From the NCBI GenBank assembly GCA_903848795.1, contig CAINHC010000021.1, forward strand, positions 11,309 through 75,308: 64,000 nucleotides of DNA, in the 5' to 3' direction. The notes under the pieces were generated by a model that worked only from the letters and a program-made list of their open reading frames with translations, was not told where the DNA came from and did not search any database. Each line of letters starts with the position of its first letter. The stretch's first letter is position 1. Source of the stretch: an uncultured bacterium. Its GTDB lineage: Bacteria > Patescibacteriota > Minisyncoccia > Phycocordibacterales > CAIZLB01. Positions 29,760 to 39,849 of this stretch are shown here, one piece after another. Both the position numbers and the translations under genes were made by a program.

Positions 29760-30824
29760 CTAAAATGTCCTGAAATAACAAGATGACCCTTGTACACTTC
29801 TAATAAAATCATCCTTTTGATCTCGAGACATTGTTGGGTTTTTAAGGACCTGCTCTATCACTGAAGCCTGACTTTCATTACCAGTTAACTTACTTCCCAA
29901 GACCGAACTCAACAAATCGAGGAGGGTTTGACTACATGTCTTGGTAATTAGTCCGAATACAGCCTCAACTTCCTTATTGGAATTCATGGTTAACGTACAC
30001 ACTCCAGTACCTGAACATGTACTTTCCTTTACTAACGGACTCCATCTTATAAAAACAGATTTATCATTAGGTATTGCTGTTAAGGTAACCTTACTATTTT
30101 CCTTATACTTTTCAAAACAATCATTTTCACAGTTTATCCCTTGGCCAACAATTTTTCCTCCAGGCTCTCCGTTAAAATTAGTCACGACCACGCTAGTTTT
30201 TAAGGAATATCTATTCTCTCTTGGAGAAAATCTAGCGAAAACCTTTTTGTCCTTATTCATTATGACAGAAATAGTGGATCCTTGTTCTGTAGAATCTCCA
30301 CTCCAACCATCAAAAATTGAATTTGCATCTGGTGTTGCCTTTAGACTCACAACTGTATTTGGATTATACAAGTTTGAACACGCATTGCCGCAATTAATAA
30401 TATTATCAGAGGACACAACAACACCCTTTCCATGAATTACCACTATCTTTCCGCTAGCGTCTAACTTGCCAGTTATAACTGATGACGGAGAAACCAATAA
30501 ACTATATTTACTACTATTATAATTCGAATTATTAATGCCAGAGTTACTACTTAAATTAGTACCACTATTACTGCTTAAGTTCGAACCGCTGTTACTACTA
30601 ATGTTACTACCGCTAGTATTAGGTTGACTATTAGAAGTAGACGGAGAATTCACAGATGAACTAGGCACAACAGCATTCCCAACCGCCGCCACTAAATTAC
30701 CCGCCCCGCTTCCAACATATCCAAGTGTGTTTTTAATATTTGAGTATTGTGAGAAAATTAGCGCCAATGCCAACACCGCAACAAATGCTGTTGGGTATTT
30801 TGAATTAAATTGTTTTGATTTCAT
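29760..30824 (-). CDS. Surface protein with two InlB B-repeat/bacterial-repeat-like domains
   Basis: N-terminal TM, SSNSG repeats, two INC...C...V.L.A.P...S.F..WS...M...K.V.A.F modules. Confidence 0.65.
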   Translation of the reverse strand: MKSKQFNSKYPTAFVAVLALALIFSQYSNIKNTLGYVGSGAGNLVAAVGNAVVPSSSVNSPSTSNSQPNTSGSNISSNSGSNLSSNSGTNLSSNSGINNSNYNSSKYSLLVSPSSVITGKLDASGKIVVIHGKGVVVSSDNIINCGNACSNLYNPNTVVSLKATPDANSIFDGWSGDSTEQGSTISVIMNKDKKVFARFSPRENRYSLKTSVVVTNFNGEPGGKIVGQGINCENDCFEKYKENSKVTLTAIPNDKSVFIRWSPLVKESTCSGTGVCTLTMNSNKEVEAVFGLITKTCSQTLLDLLSSVLGSKLTGNESQASVIEQVLKNPTMSRDQKDDFIRSVQGSSCYFRTF

Positions 30825-30919
30825 GTTAATTTTAATATATAAGAAGTAAGATACCACTTTAGTATATAACACGAACTTAATATTATCAACAACATAGCCC
30901 TACAATAAGTGGATAAATC

Positions 30920-31420
30920 CTACACCGTTAACCTCCTCAACTCGGCAATCTCCGTCTCAAGACGATGCTCATCAATTTTTAGCCTAGCAATCTCACCTTC
31001 CTCAATCTTCTTCCTTCCTTGAACCACATTGAGTTCTCGCGCTTGATTTGCACCTGTTTTTTCTGCGTACGCCTTTAGACTCATCTCTTTTTCAATTTCC
31101 TTTTCTAAATCTCTAATCTTGTTTTTTAGTTCTCTAATTTTAAAATCAAAGTTGTCAGTATGACCATGCGCAGTGGTTGATAGTTTAACAACGCTAGAAT
31201 CTACTCTTTTCAAATCCATTGTTCTTCTACTAATCTCATCCTTTATCATGCGAAGCTTCACTTCTTTTGATTGAATATTCTGCTTGGCACGCATTTGCTG
31301 TTCTCTCTTTCTCTGCTCTGTTATTTGCCTTAGGCGCATTTGCTCCCCTGCAGCAGCATCAAACCCAAGCGCCTGCTTGTGTTGTGAAAAACTATTGCCC
31401 TGTTGATATCCAAATACCAT
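30920..31420 (-). CDS. Coiled-coil hypothetical protein
   Basis: Heptad, charged-residue-rich sequence. Confidence 0.55.
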   Translation of the reverse strand: MVFGYQQGNSFSQHKQALGFDAAAGEQMRLRQITEQRKREQQMRAKQNIQSKEVKLRMIKDEISRRTMDLKRVDSSVVKLSTTAHGHTDNFDFKIRELKNKIRDLEKEIEKEMSLKAYAEKTGANQARELNVVQGRKKIEEGEIARLKIDEHRLETEIAELRRLTV

Positions 31421-31429
31421 ATTGTTTTA

Positions 31430-31903
31430 TTATACACCATTATCTATGGAATCAAAAAATAAAAGGTCTGATTGATATCTTTTGTTATGATTAAATTTAG
31501 CGACGTCGTCATTGTTTAAAATTATATTCATTGAGCAATCTTCCGGGAGACTTGGACAAACCCTACTTGACGAAGAAATTAGAGTTGAATATAGTGTTTC
31601 CACTTTTTGATTACTCATTCTAGTTCGCCCATATAGATTAGAAAAATAAATTTTATAAACATCTTGGTTTTGAATTTCAGCGACCCTCGCCTGAGTAGAT
31701 AGTTGAGCACTCATCCAAATCATTGATTCTATGGCAGTGACAGCAAAAATTATAAAGATGGAGCAATAAATGACGACCTCTATTAGTGTGAAGCCTTTGT
31801 TTTGGCGGGCGTTTTGGCAGGCACGAGCAACTGAAATGACCCGGTTAGGCTGACTAACCCCCTGGGCGGTCCCGATCGAATTGATTTTATTTTTTATAAT
31901 CAT
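31430..31903 (-). CDS. Type IV pilin/pseudopilin
   Basis: Class III signal KGFTLIEVVI followed by hydrophobic helix. Confidence 0.8.
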   Translation of the reverse strand: MIIKNKINSIGTAQGVSQPNRVISVARACQNARQNKGFTLIEVVIYCSIFIIFAVTAIESMIWMSAQLSTQARVAEIQNQDVYKIYFSNLYGRTRMSNQKVETLYSTLISSSSRVCPSLPEDCSMNIILNNDDVAKFNHNKRYQSDLLFFDSIDNGV

Positions 31904-31924
31904 ATATTAAAAGTTGTTAGCATA

Positions 31925-33223
31925 TTAAGCGGGTTTTAATTCGAATATAATCGGCGTAATAGATTCAGTCGAAGTTCCAGCCATTTTATATATCGACCCG
32001 ACTCCAAATATTTTTGACCCAAAACAATCCATGTCATATACCGCTCCGCCGACATCTATTGTTTGAATTATCTTAGAGATATCCTCCTCATTCCTAATTT
32101 GAATCTTTGAATTACTTTTCCCTTCCGCCAAGAACAGCTCGTGATTTGCGATTATCATGGAATAAATTCCGTCATTAACATCGATTGAATTAATTAGGTC
32201 ATAGCTATATGTGCTTGATGCTGAAGTCGCGACTAACACTGAAGAGTAATCTCTCGTCATGTTAACTTTGAATAATTCATTGTTGCCCGTAGTTCTGCCT
32301 ACATATATCGCACCATCCTTTGCAATTAAACTTCTAACATTCCCAAGCGATCCAAATAAATCAAAAGTATTCAGAGGTGACGCTGTCGCAAACGAAGAAG
32401 TTGTTGTCGAAAATGGCGGAAAATCACAGTTCAAACAAAAGTCATTTATCTCAGGCTCTTTTGCTGTTGAAATTAGTAAATGCAAATATTTATCATACAT
32501 CGGCCAAATATCCTGAACAGAGCTATCCAGCTCCCACTTTCTATTTATCGCAGAAGGGAGTCCTCCACCTATTTTATTCAAATCAATGGACAACAACTCT
32601 TCCCCACTATTTTTCTTGAGTCCAAGGAAAAGATTTGGGTAAATTGCCGATATTTTAGTTCCATATACCGGATTCCCAGATGATGACCAAGGTACTTTAT
32701 AATCCCCAGCCTTCTCCAGTTTTTTGGAAACTGAATTAAATTTAAATCGCTGAAGTGTACTATTCACACTGGAGTTAATGAGAAATAAATTTTTGCCGAC
32801 AAGTGCGCCGCCAACAATCCCAGGACCCGAATCCACTTTATCAATCGGAACCAAAATATCCTGCGCGTCATATGCAATCAAATCATAATCTGTGGTAGAT
32901 GCAGAATTTAAACCAACGAAAAGATGCTGACCATCTGAGGTTATAAAGACAGCGTCGGTTGAAGTTGATTTAACGGGAATATTTTTGATGGACAGTGTAT
33001 ATGTTTTCGTCGGGGCAATGATGTCGTCGTTAGACTCGCATACATCACCCCTATTCATTAGTGACTCTGACGTAACTTTTGTCACATCAAAAATAGTTTG
33101 ATTTGAAACGTCTTGAATCAACTTATAGGGCGACCTTTCATTTAAATCCATAATATACGAATTCATTGGGACCAAAATCATAATCCAAAGTATTAAGGAT
33201 GTAATTAGTTCTAATATGAGCAT
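31925..33223 (-). CDS. Pilus-associated protein, pilin-like N-terminus with beta-rich (propeller-like) body
   Basis: MLILELITSLILW (E5-like) then beta-strand repeats; operonic with pilB/pilC. Confidence 0.5.
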   Translation of the reverse strand: MLILELITSLILWIMILVPMNSYIMDLNERSPYKLIQDVSNQTIFDVTKVTSESLMNRGDVCESNDDIIAPTKTYTLSIKNIPVKSTSTDAVFITSDGQHLFVGLNSASTTDYDLIAYDAQDILVPIDKVDSGPGIVGGALVGKNLFLINSSVNSTLQRFKFNSVSKKLEKAGDYKVPWSSSGNPVYGTKISAIYPNLFLGLKKNSGEELLSIDLNKIGGGLPSAINRKWELDSSVQDIWPMYDKYLHLLISTAKEPEINDFCLNCDFPPFSTTTSSFATASPLNTFDLFGSLGNVRSLIAKDGAIYVGRTTGNNELFKVNMTRDYSSVLVATSASSTYSYDLINSIDVNDGIYSMIIANHELFLAEGKSNSKIQIRNEEDISKIIQTIDVGGAVYDMDCFGSKIFGVGSIYKMAGTSTESITPIIFELKPA

Positions 33224-33237
33224 GGGTGAATAATTAA

Positions 33238-34293
33238 TTAATAACCCGTGTACGATATTAATGAATACATCGGAGTGATAATCGACACGGCAATAAAGCC
33301 CACTCCAAGACCGACCATTATCATCGATACTGGCTCAATCAATTTATTGATCATTGTAATACCATCATCAAAATATTCTTGATGAATATCGGCAATTGAA
33401 GAAAATGTTTCTGAAATTGAACCAGTTTGTTCTCCGCAAACAATGAGCGGTACCCAGATTTTATTTTCTCTTGATATTTCTCGGCTTATACTTCTTGATA
33501 ACAAAACCCCACTCTCAACATCTCGAGCAACGTTTAATAACTTTATTTTTTCTTTAGGGATAATTGATCCCATCGCCGAGTCTCTGAGAGATTCCACCAA
33601 AAGTCCGCTAGATGCAAAAACTTCACTTGCAATACGAAAGCTGATAAGGGCGGAGTAGTGACTAAGCAGTGCGCCGAGAATTGGGACCTTCACCAAAAAA
33701 GCGCCGACATAATTTTTGAAATAATTAATCCCCTTATTTTTGATGATAAATAAAATTAAAAATGTGCAGAGGATAATGAGGCTAGAAATAAAGATAATTA
33801 CATGAATCAAATATGTACTCAAGAAAAATAGGACTTGCGTTGTCCAAGGAATTTTGATTCGGCCTCCGCTAAAGAGTGGTTTAATTTTAGGAACAATTAT
33901 TATCAGGATCATAAACACCAATATGATGGACACTGTGAATATAATGAAAGGATAAAGCAAGGCAAGTAAAAACTTGGATTTGGTTTTGTCTATGCTTTTA
34001 CTCATTTCACATACTCTATTAATCCCCTCTGCTAAACTACCGGACTCCTCAGACTTTTTGATGATTGTTAATTCATAATCTCTAATTGGTAAACCCAACT
34101 CTTCAATTGACTGACCAAATGTTTTACCTGATTTTAAATTATCAATTATTTGCCTTTTCCAATCAAAATTATTTTCGTCACAAAAAACTTCCAATGATTC
34201 AATCAGTGGAACACCAGAAGAATACAATCTGGCGAACATTTTGAAATGCCCGAGTATTTCTTTTCTTAATTTTGATTTGCTAATTTTCTTCAT
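33238..34293 (-). CDS. T2SS/T4P platform protein (GspF/PilC/ComGB family)
   Basis: SGVPLIESL, EESGSL, ALLYP, GEQTGSI, LIEP, TPMY. Confidence 0.85.
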   Translation of the reverse strand: MKKISKSKLRKEILGHFKMFARLYSSGVPLIESLEVFCDENNFDWKRQIIDNLKSGKTFGQSIEELGLPIRDYELTIIKKSEESGSLAEGINRVCEMSKSIDKTKSKFLLALLYPFIIFTVSIILVFMILIIIVPKIKPLFSGGRIKIPWTTQVLFFLSTYLIHVIIFISSLIILCTFLILFIIKNKGINYFKNYVGAFLVKVPILGALLSHYSALISFRIASEVFASSGLLVESLRDSAMGSIIPKEKIKLLNVARDVESGVLLSRSISREISRENKIWVPLIVCGEQTGSISETFSSIADIHQEYFDDGITMINKLIEPVSMIMVGLGVGFIAVSIITPMYSLISYTGY

Positions 34294-35359
34294 ATTTTGG
34301 TTCAAATTTCTTCACCTTATTTTCCCTATCCTCCTCCATTGATTCGTAAGTAAATTCCTGCTTATATCTTTCGTTATTTGAGCTGCCTGAATCATCATCC
34401 ATAAACACACTCTGTGCATCCCCTCCTTTGTTATTTACCAAACTCTCAAACATGGCTATTTGTTCAAAATTCCACTCCGCGCCACTTTCAACCTTTTCGA
34501 GTCTTTGATTAAATATTGCTCTAGTAACCATTGATAATTCATAAGCGTCAGCCCCAAGATATCGGCATCTTCTAATTGTCATCCTTATATCCCTTGCATG
34601 AATTGTGGTAATGACAGTATGCCCCGTCAGTGCAAGATTCATCACACTTTTCATTGTGTCAGAATCCCTGACCTCACCGACATAAATCACATCTGGATCT
34701 TGTCGCATTGAAGCCTTGAGAGCCTGAGCATAATTGAATCCAGATTGAGGGCGTATTTGAACTTGTCTTAGACCCTCTATCCTCCTCTCAACTGGATCCT
34801 CAATCGTTAGTATCTGTTTATTCTCTTCAATCAATGACGAAAGCAAACTATATGCACTCGTAGACTTTCCACTCCCCGTCGGACCAGAAAATATTACAAG
34901 ACCAGGAGATGTCCGTAGACCTTCAAGTAAATTATGAAAGATATTCGACGACATTCCTGCGTCAGTTAAATACTGAATTTGTAAACTCGCGGAATCAAGA
35001 ATACGAAGAACCATACACTCCCCATCGACTCCAGGTATTGTAGCGACACGTACTCTATAACCCTCATGACCAAAACTACCGTCTTGCGGTATATCTTTTA
35101 TATCAATACGCATCTGAGCCAAAATCTTGTATCGACCGATCAGCTCAATATATTGGCCGTAGCTTATGAAGCGACCAACACTCATGTGACCCTTTATTCT
35201 GAATCTAATTTCTGTCCTATCCTTGGATGGCTGAATGTGAATGTCTGAAGCCTTTAATTGTATAGCATCAATGATAAGAGCATCAGCTTGGTCGACTGAG
35301 TTTTTTGAATTTATATATAAAAGTGATTCGATAATATTTTCCTCTTGCTCTTGTACCAT
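34280..35359 (-). CDS. T2SS/T4P assembly ATPase (GspE/PilB/ComGA family)
   Basis: ASDIHI, PQDG, GPTGSGKST, TIEDPVE, RQDPDVIYVGEVRD, TGH...TTIH. Confidence 0.9.
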   Translation of the reverse strand: MVQEQEENIIESLLYINSKNSVDQADALIIDAIQLKASDIHIQPSKDRTEIRFRIKGHMSVGRFISYGQYIELIGRYKILAQMRIDIKDIPQDGSFGHEGYRVRVATIPGVDGECMVLRILDSASLQIQYLTDAGMSSNIFHNLLEGLRTSPGLVIFSGPTGSGKSTSAYSLLSSLIEENKQILTIEDPVERRIEGLRQVQIRPQSGFNYAQALKASMRQDPDVIYVGEVRDSDTMKSVMNLALTGHTVITTIHARDIRMTIRRCRYLGADAYELSMVTRAIFNQRLEKVESGAEWNFEQIAMFESLVNNKGGDAQSVFMDDDSGSSNNERYKQEFTYESMEEDRENKVKKFEPKYEEN

Positions 35360-35449
35360 GGGGACATACTACCAGAATGACATAATGCTTCTATAAAAAT
35401 TTCTTAAAGAATTTCAAAAGATTTTGTGTATTAAAAAAATAAGCAAGAG

Positions 35450-35858
35450 AAAACCCCCTCCCGAAGATATTGTTCACCAGCTAACCTGCCGATGAATACA
35501 ATAACCCATAGTCCAACTACGAGAGGGGGCCGATGGAGGTGCCATAACACCTCCGAATGAATGCGGAAGACAAGAAAAAGGTTTGGGTTGGGACAAAGAA
35601 TCAGGGGTCTTCATCCCAGTCGCTGATCAGCAGGTGTTCTCCTCATAAGGTTGGGGTGTTCTGCTTTCAGCAAACGACGAGGCGGCCGGCGGCGACGCAC
35701 GAGTCTTCTTGGCGGACGATGGCGGCGGCGGTGCTAAACGACGGCGTAACTGGGGCACGCGGAGTGCCAAATTGGTGTTTGATCATGGGGTTGTGTTCTG
35801 GTTTGGGGTTGTCTGTTTTTCTTTCAGCGGAATACCTCCATAACTGGGAGCTTTTCTG
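35450..35858 (-). other. GC-rich structured transcript with 39-aa sORF (35667-35786) and branched 3' hairpin/terminator
   Basis: Promoter TTGCTA..TAGCAT, 5' hairpin, A/C leader, MIKHQFGTPRAP...RLVVC*, hairpins GGAGGTG/CACCTCC and CCCCTCTCG/CGGGAGGGG-TTTT. Confidence 0.4.
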
Positions 35859-35908
35859 AATATAATGCTATCAAAACCACTAAAAATAGCAATATTGTGA
35901 ATATTAGT

Positions 35909-35917
35909 TTATCCACA
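35909..35917 (+). promoter_or_regulatory. DnaA box
   Basis: Perfect TTATCCACA. Confidence 0.5.
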
Positions 35918-35969
35918 ACCACTTTATACAACACGCCCGAACCCCAAGGTCAAACCGACCTTCAAAAAA

Positions 35970-36824
35970 CTATATCCTATACTCCCCTACACCCAATCTC
36001 TTAATCGAATACGCCAGAGCGGGCACCTTTAATTTATCGCCAATTAATTCTGCAAGGGTTCTCATATATGAACCGCTAGCGCACTTAACTTTTATTTTTA
36101 TAATTGGATATTCTATTTCCTCATTTTTATGTGCGCTTTTGGTTTTCTTTATTTTCTTTGCAAAAACTTTTTCATTCCATTCATTTAAAATTTTATCTTG
36201 TCTAAAATCCCCCTTAACCTTTGCAATTCTTTTCGAAATATTATTATGCAAAATTTCAATAGGCATCAAACTCAAATCCAGAAATTCAATTTTCTGAATA
36301 GATAATTTGGTCATTGGTCTTAAAAATATTTCTCGCCTGTCTTCGCCTACTTCATTTACGTCACCTTCCTCCTCCGCAAACTCTCTCGCCCACTCATACA
36401 ACGGCTTACCCTCCAGGGTCTTTGAAGAAAACCAAGGATACGGCACCTCCATCTCCCCCACAAACGATTCGCAAATACTTTGGACATTTTTCAGATCAAA
36501 TACAACATCGCCTAAAATCGACTCACCAATCAAACCTAAAATATCCCCCGTATCCGTGCTGACCCCCAACAAGACCTCAACCTCATACTCCTTACTCAGC
36601 CCCAAATACTCATGTTTAGACTTAATGGCCTCACCTCTCAGATATATCATAAGACCCTCAGCCATAGGGTCAAGCCTACCAGCATAGGTAAATTTATCAT
36701 TAAATGGCAAAAAACCTTCGTCCTTAAGACGGTTAAGACACTCGAGTGGAGTCTCCCCCTCATTTTTATAGGCCACAAAAACATCACTTTGTGTAGGCTG
36801 AAGTTGATTGTCTAAATTGCTCAT
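35970..36824 (-). CDS. truB: tRNA pseudouridine synthase B-like
   Basis: YAGRLDPMAEG, KEYEV, TDTGDILG, CASGSYMRTL. Confidence 0.8.
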   Translation of the reverse strand: MSNLDNQLQPTQSDVFVAYKNEGETPLECLNRLKDEGFLPFNDKFTYAGRLDPMAEGLMIYLRGEAIKSKHEYLGLSKEYEVEVLLGVSTDTGDILGLIGESILGDVVFDLKNVQSICESFVGEMEVPYPWFSSKTLEGKPLYEWAREFAEEEGDVNEVGEDRREIFLRPMTKLSIQKIEFLDLSLMPIEILHNNISKRIAKVKGDFRQDKILNEWNEKVFAKKIKKTKSAHKNEEIEYPIIKIKVKCASGSYMRTLAELIGDKLKVPALAYSIKRLGVGEYRI

Positions 36825-36858
36825 ATTAGGATACAATAATACCACTAAATTAATAAAT

Positions 36859-37434
36859 ATGAGAAAACTTTTTTTTGACATTGAAACCAGAAACACATTT
36901 CAGGAGGTTGGCAAGGCCGACCCGGCAGCACTAGATATATCAGTCGTGTGTGCCTATGATTCAGAAACAGAGACCTATTCTAGCTACACACAAGAGGAGC
37001 TGCATAAACTATGGCCATTAATTGAACAATCCGATGTTTTGGTCACCTTCAACGGAGATCACTTTGACATCCCCCTACTCAACAAATATTATCATGGCAA
37101 CCTATTACAAAAGAAAAGCCTTGACCTACTAAAGGAAGTCAAGAAATCACTAGGCTTTCGCGTAGGGCTTGGAGTAATCGCGCAGGGAACATTGAATGCA
37201 GGCAAAAGCGCCCACGGACTTGAAGCTGTTGAATGGTGGAAGAAGGGTGAAATAGACAAAATAATCAAATACTGCTTGGATGATGTAAAAATCACCAAGG
37301 AGGTTCATGATTACGCTATCGCCAATAAGAAGCTTAAATACAAAGAAGGTGAAGCAATAATCGAATTCCCAATGGACACGAAGGACTGGGAGGATACCGG
37401 AGAAAACAAGATGAATTTCACTTTGCCATTTTAG
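36859..37434 (+). CDS. RNase H-like/DEDD exonuclease domain protein (YprB-like)
   Basis: FFDIET, TFNGDHFDIP, YCLDDV. Confidence 0.8.
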   Translation: MRKLFFDIETRNTFQEVGKADPAALDISVVCAYDSETETYSSYTQEELHKLWPLIEQSDVLVTFNGDHFDIPLLNKYYHGNLLQKKSLDLLKEVKKSLGFRVGLGVIAQGTLNAGKSAHGLEAVEWWKKGEIDKIIKYCLDDVKITKEVHDYAIANKKLKYKEGEAIIEFPMDTKDWEDTGENKMNFTLPF

Positions 37435-37491
37435 GCTGACCGTAGGCACAGCGGTCACATTACCCTTTTAATATTAATTCGATTTAGCAAA

Positions 37492-37579
37492 CGATTCAGC
37501 AGAATCGCCTACTGGGCTCGTCCCGACGACGATTCTGGTGAATCGCCTACTGGGCGATTTTGAAGAATCGCCTACTAGG
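37492..37579 (+). repeat. Three copies of CGATTy-N4-GAATCG-CCTACTrGG overlapping the dsbA promoter
   Basis: Units at 37492, 37530 and 37555. Confidence 0.8.
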
Positions 37580-37595
37580 TGATATAATAGACAAC

Positions 37596-38333
37596 ATGGA
37601 AAATACCGAACAGACACAAAGACGTATGTCATTACAAACAATGATTATACCAATCGCCATCATAATCGCTGGCGCATTAATAGCGGGTGGAATTTATATG
37701 AGTGGAACTTCTAAAAAAGCGGATCTATCTGGACCTGCAACAATAAAAGCAGAGATTGTGATAGAACCTGTAACTACAGCGGACCACGTTTTGGGAGATC
37801 CAAAGACAGCAAAGGTTACAATTATTGAATATTCAGATTTGGAATGTCCATTCTGTAAGTCATATCATGAGACTCTTTCAAAATTATATGATGAGAACAA
37901 AGCTGGCGGAAAATTAGCATGGGTATATAGACACGCCCCAATTGTTGAACTGCACAGCAAGTCTCCAAAGGAAGCTGAAGCAACGGAGTGTGCAGCCGAG
38001 CTTGGTGGCAACACAGTATTCTGGAAATATTTAACAGAAGTATTTGGAACCACGCCATCAAACAACGGGCTTAACGCAGATAAACTTTATGAATTTGCAG
38101 ATACAGTTGGTCTGAATGCATCAGCATTTAAGACATGTTTGGATAGTGGAAAGTATGCAACCAAAATTAACGAACAAATAACGGCATCCAAAAAAGCAGG
38201 TGTAGAAGGTACTCCTTATGCTGTACTTGTAATGGATGGAAAGAATGTACCATTGGTTGATAAGGACGGAAATGGACTAGGTGCTCTACCATATCCACAG
38301 ATGAAGCAAATTTTGGATCAATTGATGAAATAG
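37596..38333 (+). CDS. DsbA/BdbD-family thiol-disulfide oxidoreductase
   Basis: N-terminal TM, EYSDLECPFC, GVEGTP. Confidence 0.88.
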   Translation: MENTEQTQRRMSLQTMIIPIAIIIAGALIAGGIYMSGTSKKADLSGPATIKAEIVIEPVTTADHVLGDPKTAKVTIIEYSDLECPFCKSYHETLSKLYDENKAGGKLAWVYRHAPIVELHSKSPKEAEATECAAELGGNTVFWKYLTEVFGTTPSNNGLNADKLYEFADTVGLNASAFKTCLDSGKYATKINEQITASKKAGVEGTPYAVLVMDGKNVPLVDKDGNGLGALPYPQMKQILDQLMK

Positions 38334-38386
38334 GATTTCGAGTAATTGTACTCGCTCGACAGATTGTGAATCAATTTTTAAAAGAC

Positions 38387-38420
38387 AAAAGCCCCAACGT
38401 GATGTTGAGGGCTTTTGTTT
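38387..38420. terminator. Bidirectional terminator
   Basis: AAAAGCCCCAAC...GTTGAGGGCTTTT between convergent genes. Confidence 0.65.
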
Positions 38421-38435
38421 TTAGGCTTAATAAAC

Positions 38436-39749
38436 CTATTCTATCACTACCTTCTTCTCAACATATTTACGATTAGAAATCTTCATTCCTAAACCATTCA
38501 TTATTTCATACTTACCAACTTTATATTTATCAAATTCTTTCCCGGAAATCTTTTTAGAATACATCTCTCGTAAAAAACTGATTACTATTTCCCTGTCCGC
38601 ATGCTCGAGAAGATCAAGAAATTTCTGAGTGTTAGGATTGTCTATAAAAGACTGAGGTAATTCCACACCCTCCGTACCAGCTTCATGTTTTGCAAAATCC
38701 TTCAATAAGTTATTCCAATCTTGTTTAAATGTATTACCAATTTTATTCATTTCATCTTCAATAACCTCGTGGTCCTCTCTTAGAACTTTTAATACCACCT
38801 CTCCACGACGCGGAGCCGGCAAATACCTTCGTAAAAATTCTTCAACAGGAATATAAGCCTTAACACTTTTAAATGGAATCTCTCCAGTCTCACAAAATTT
38901 ATCAAACCTCTTCCTATTTATTTGCCCGTCTTTATCAATAAACTGCATCCAAGTAGACGGATCATTTTCCTTCCTCGTCCTCTCCCCTCTTTTGACTTTC
39001 TCTTCATCACTATCGTCTTCACCGGGTATTTTTATAAAACCCATCTTTCTAGCAATAGGGGTACTCAGGAGCCATGAAGCTCCAACAACAACTGCAGTAT
39101 CAGGTGATTCATCGACAATATGCAGTGCAATCTTTTCAAAATATGATCTTAGCGACTCTAAACCTATACGATCTTCGTCTGTTCTGTAAAAATCATGAAT
39201 ATGAACCTCTGTCAGTTTAGAGAATTTAGAAAATCCTATTTTTTTAAGCCCCGACCACCTTCCATCCTCAGATCCTCCAATCGAAGCAATGTCCTCACAA
39301 TACACCAGCTCATGCTCCTGCTTTCTTTCGTCACTCTCTCTTGGTTCAATTCTTTTAAGATCTTCAACCCCTAAATATTGTTTTATAGAACTTTTAGCTA
39401 CTTCAATCAGTTTTAATATTTTTTCCAAGTTAAAGCCCTCTTCCTCATACAAAGAATCTAGTTGTTCAAAAAATGATTTAAAAAATGAGTCTAGCTTTTC
39501 TCTGTGTTGAGCAAAACTAAATCCGTCCAATCCAGATAGTATTCTTTTTATACGACCCACTATCATCGTATAATCCTTTAACGCCTCATGAAATGTATAC
39601 TCAGTTTTTACATCTTTGACTTCTTGATACTTTTTATTAGCATAAAACAAAGAAATTAAATCTAACTTTTTATCAAGTAAATTCTTCCTTTCATTTATAC
39701 TATTAGTCTCAATAGGTGAAGTTATATATTGTGCTCTTTCTGGGTCCAT
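38436..39749 (-). CDS. Hypothetical protein
   Basis: 437-aa charged ORF; VVVGASWLL hints weakly at a GNAT-like fold. Confidence 0.6.
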   Translation of the reverse strand: MDPERAQYITSPIETNSINERKNLLDKKLDLISLFYANKKYQEVKDVKTEYTFHEALKDYTMIVGRIKRILSGLDGFSFAQHREKLDSFFKSFFEQLDSLYEEEGFNLEKILKLIEVAKSSIKQYLGVEDLKRIEPRESDERKQEHELVYCEDIASIGGSEDGRWSGLKKIGFSKFSKLTEVHIHDFYRTDEDRIGLESLRSYFEKIALHIVDESPDTAVVVGASWLLSTPIARKMGFIKIPGEDDSDEEKVKRGERTRKENDPSTWMQFIDKDGQINRKRFDKFCETGEIPFKSVKAYIPVEEFLRRYLPAPRRGEVVLKVLREDHEVIEDEMNKIGNTFKQDWNNLLKDFAKHEAGTEGVELPQSFIDNPNTQKFLDLLEHADREIVISFLREMYSKKISGKEFDKYKVGKYEIMNGLGMKISNRKYVEKKVVIE

Positions 39750-39849
39750 ATTTAGATTATAACACAGCAGGGCTAGGCTAGGCCATTTTAATATTTTTCA
39801 GCTTAAATCAAGCCTTTCAAACACTTTGATAGACAAGGGATTGGAAGCA

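Noticed and set aside
35557-35859. 100-aa + strand ORF from the track
   Set aside because: Promoter, leader and terminator signals all point to the minus strand; no motif.
35895-35932. Replication origin
   Set aside because: One perfect DnaA box with weak neighbours, no cluster or DUE, and no dnaA/dnaN nearby.
37492-37579. Possible mini CRISPR array
   Set aside because: Only three 25-bp units with spacers of 13 and 0 nt, no cas genes, and overlap with a promoter.
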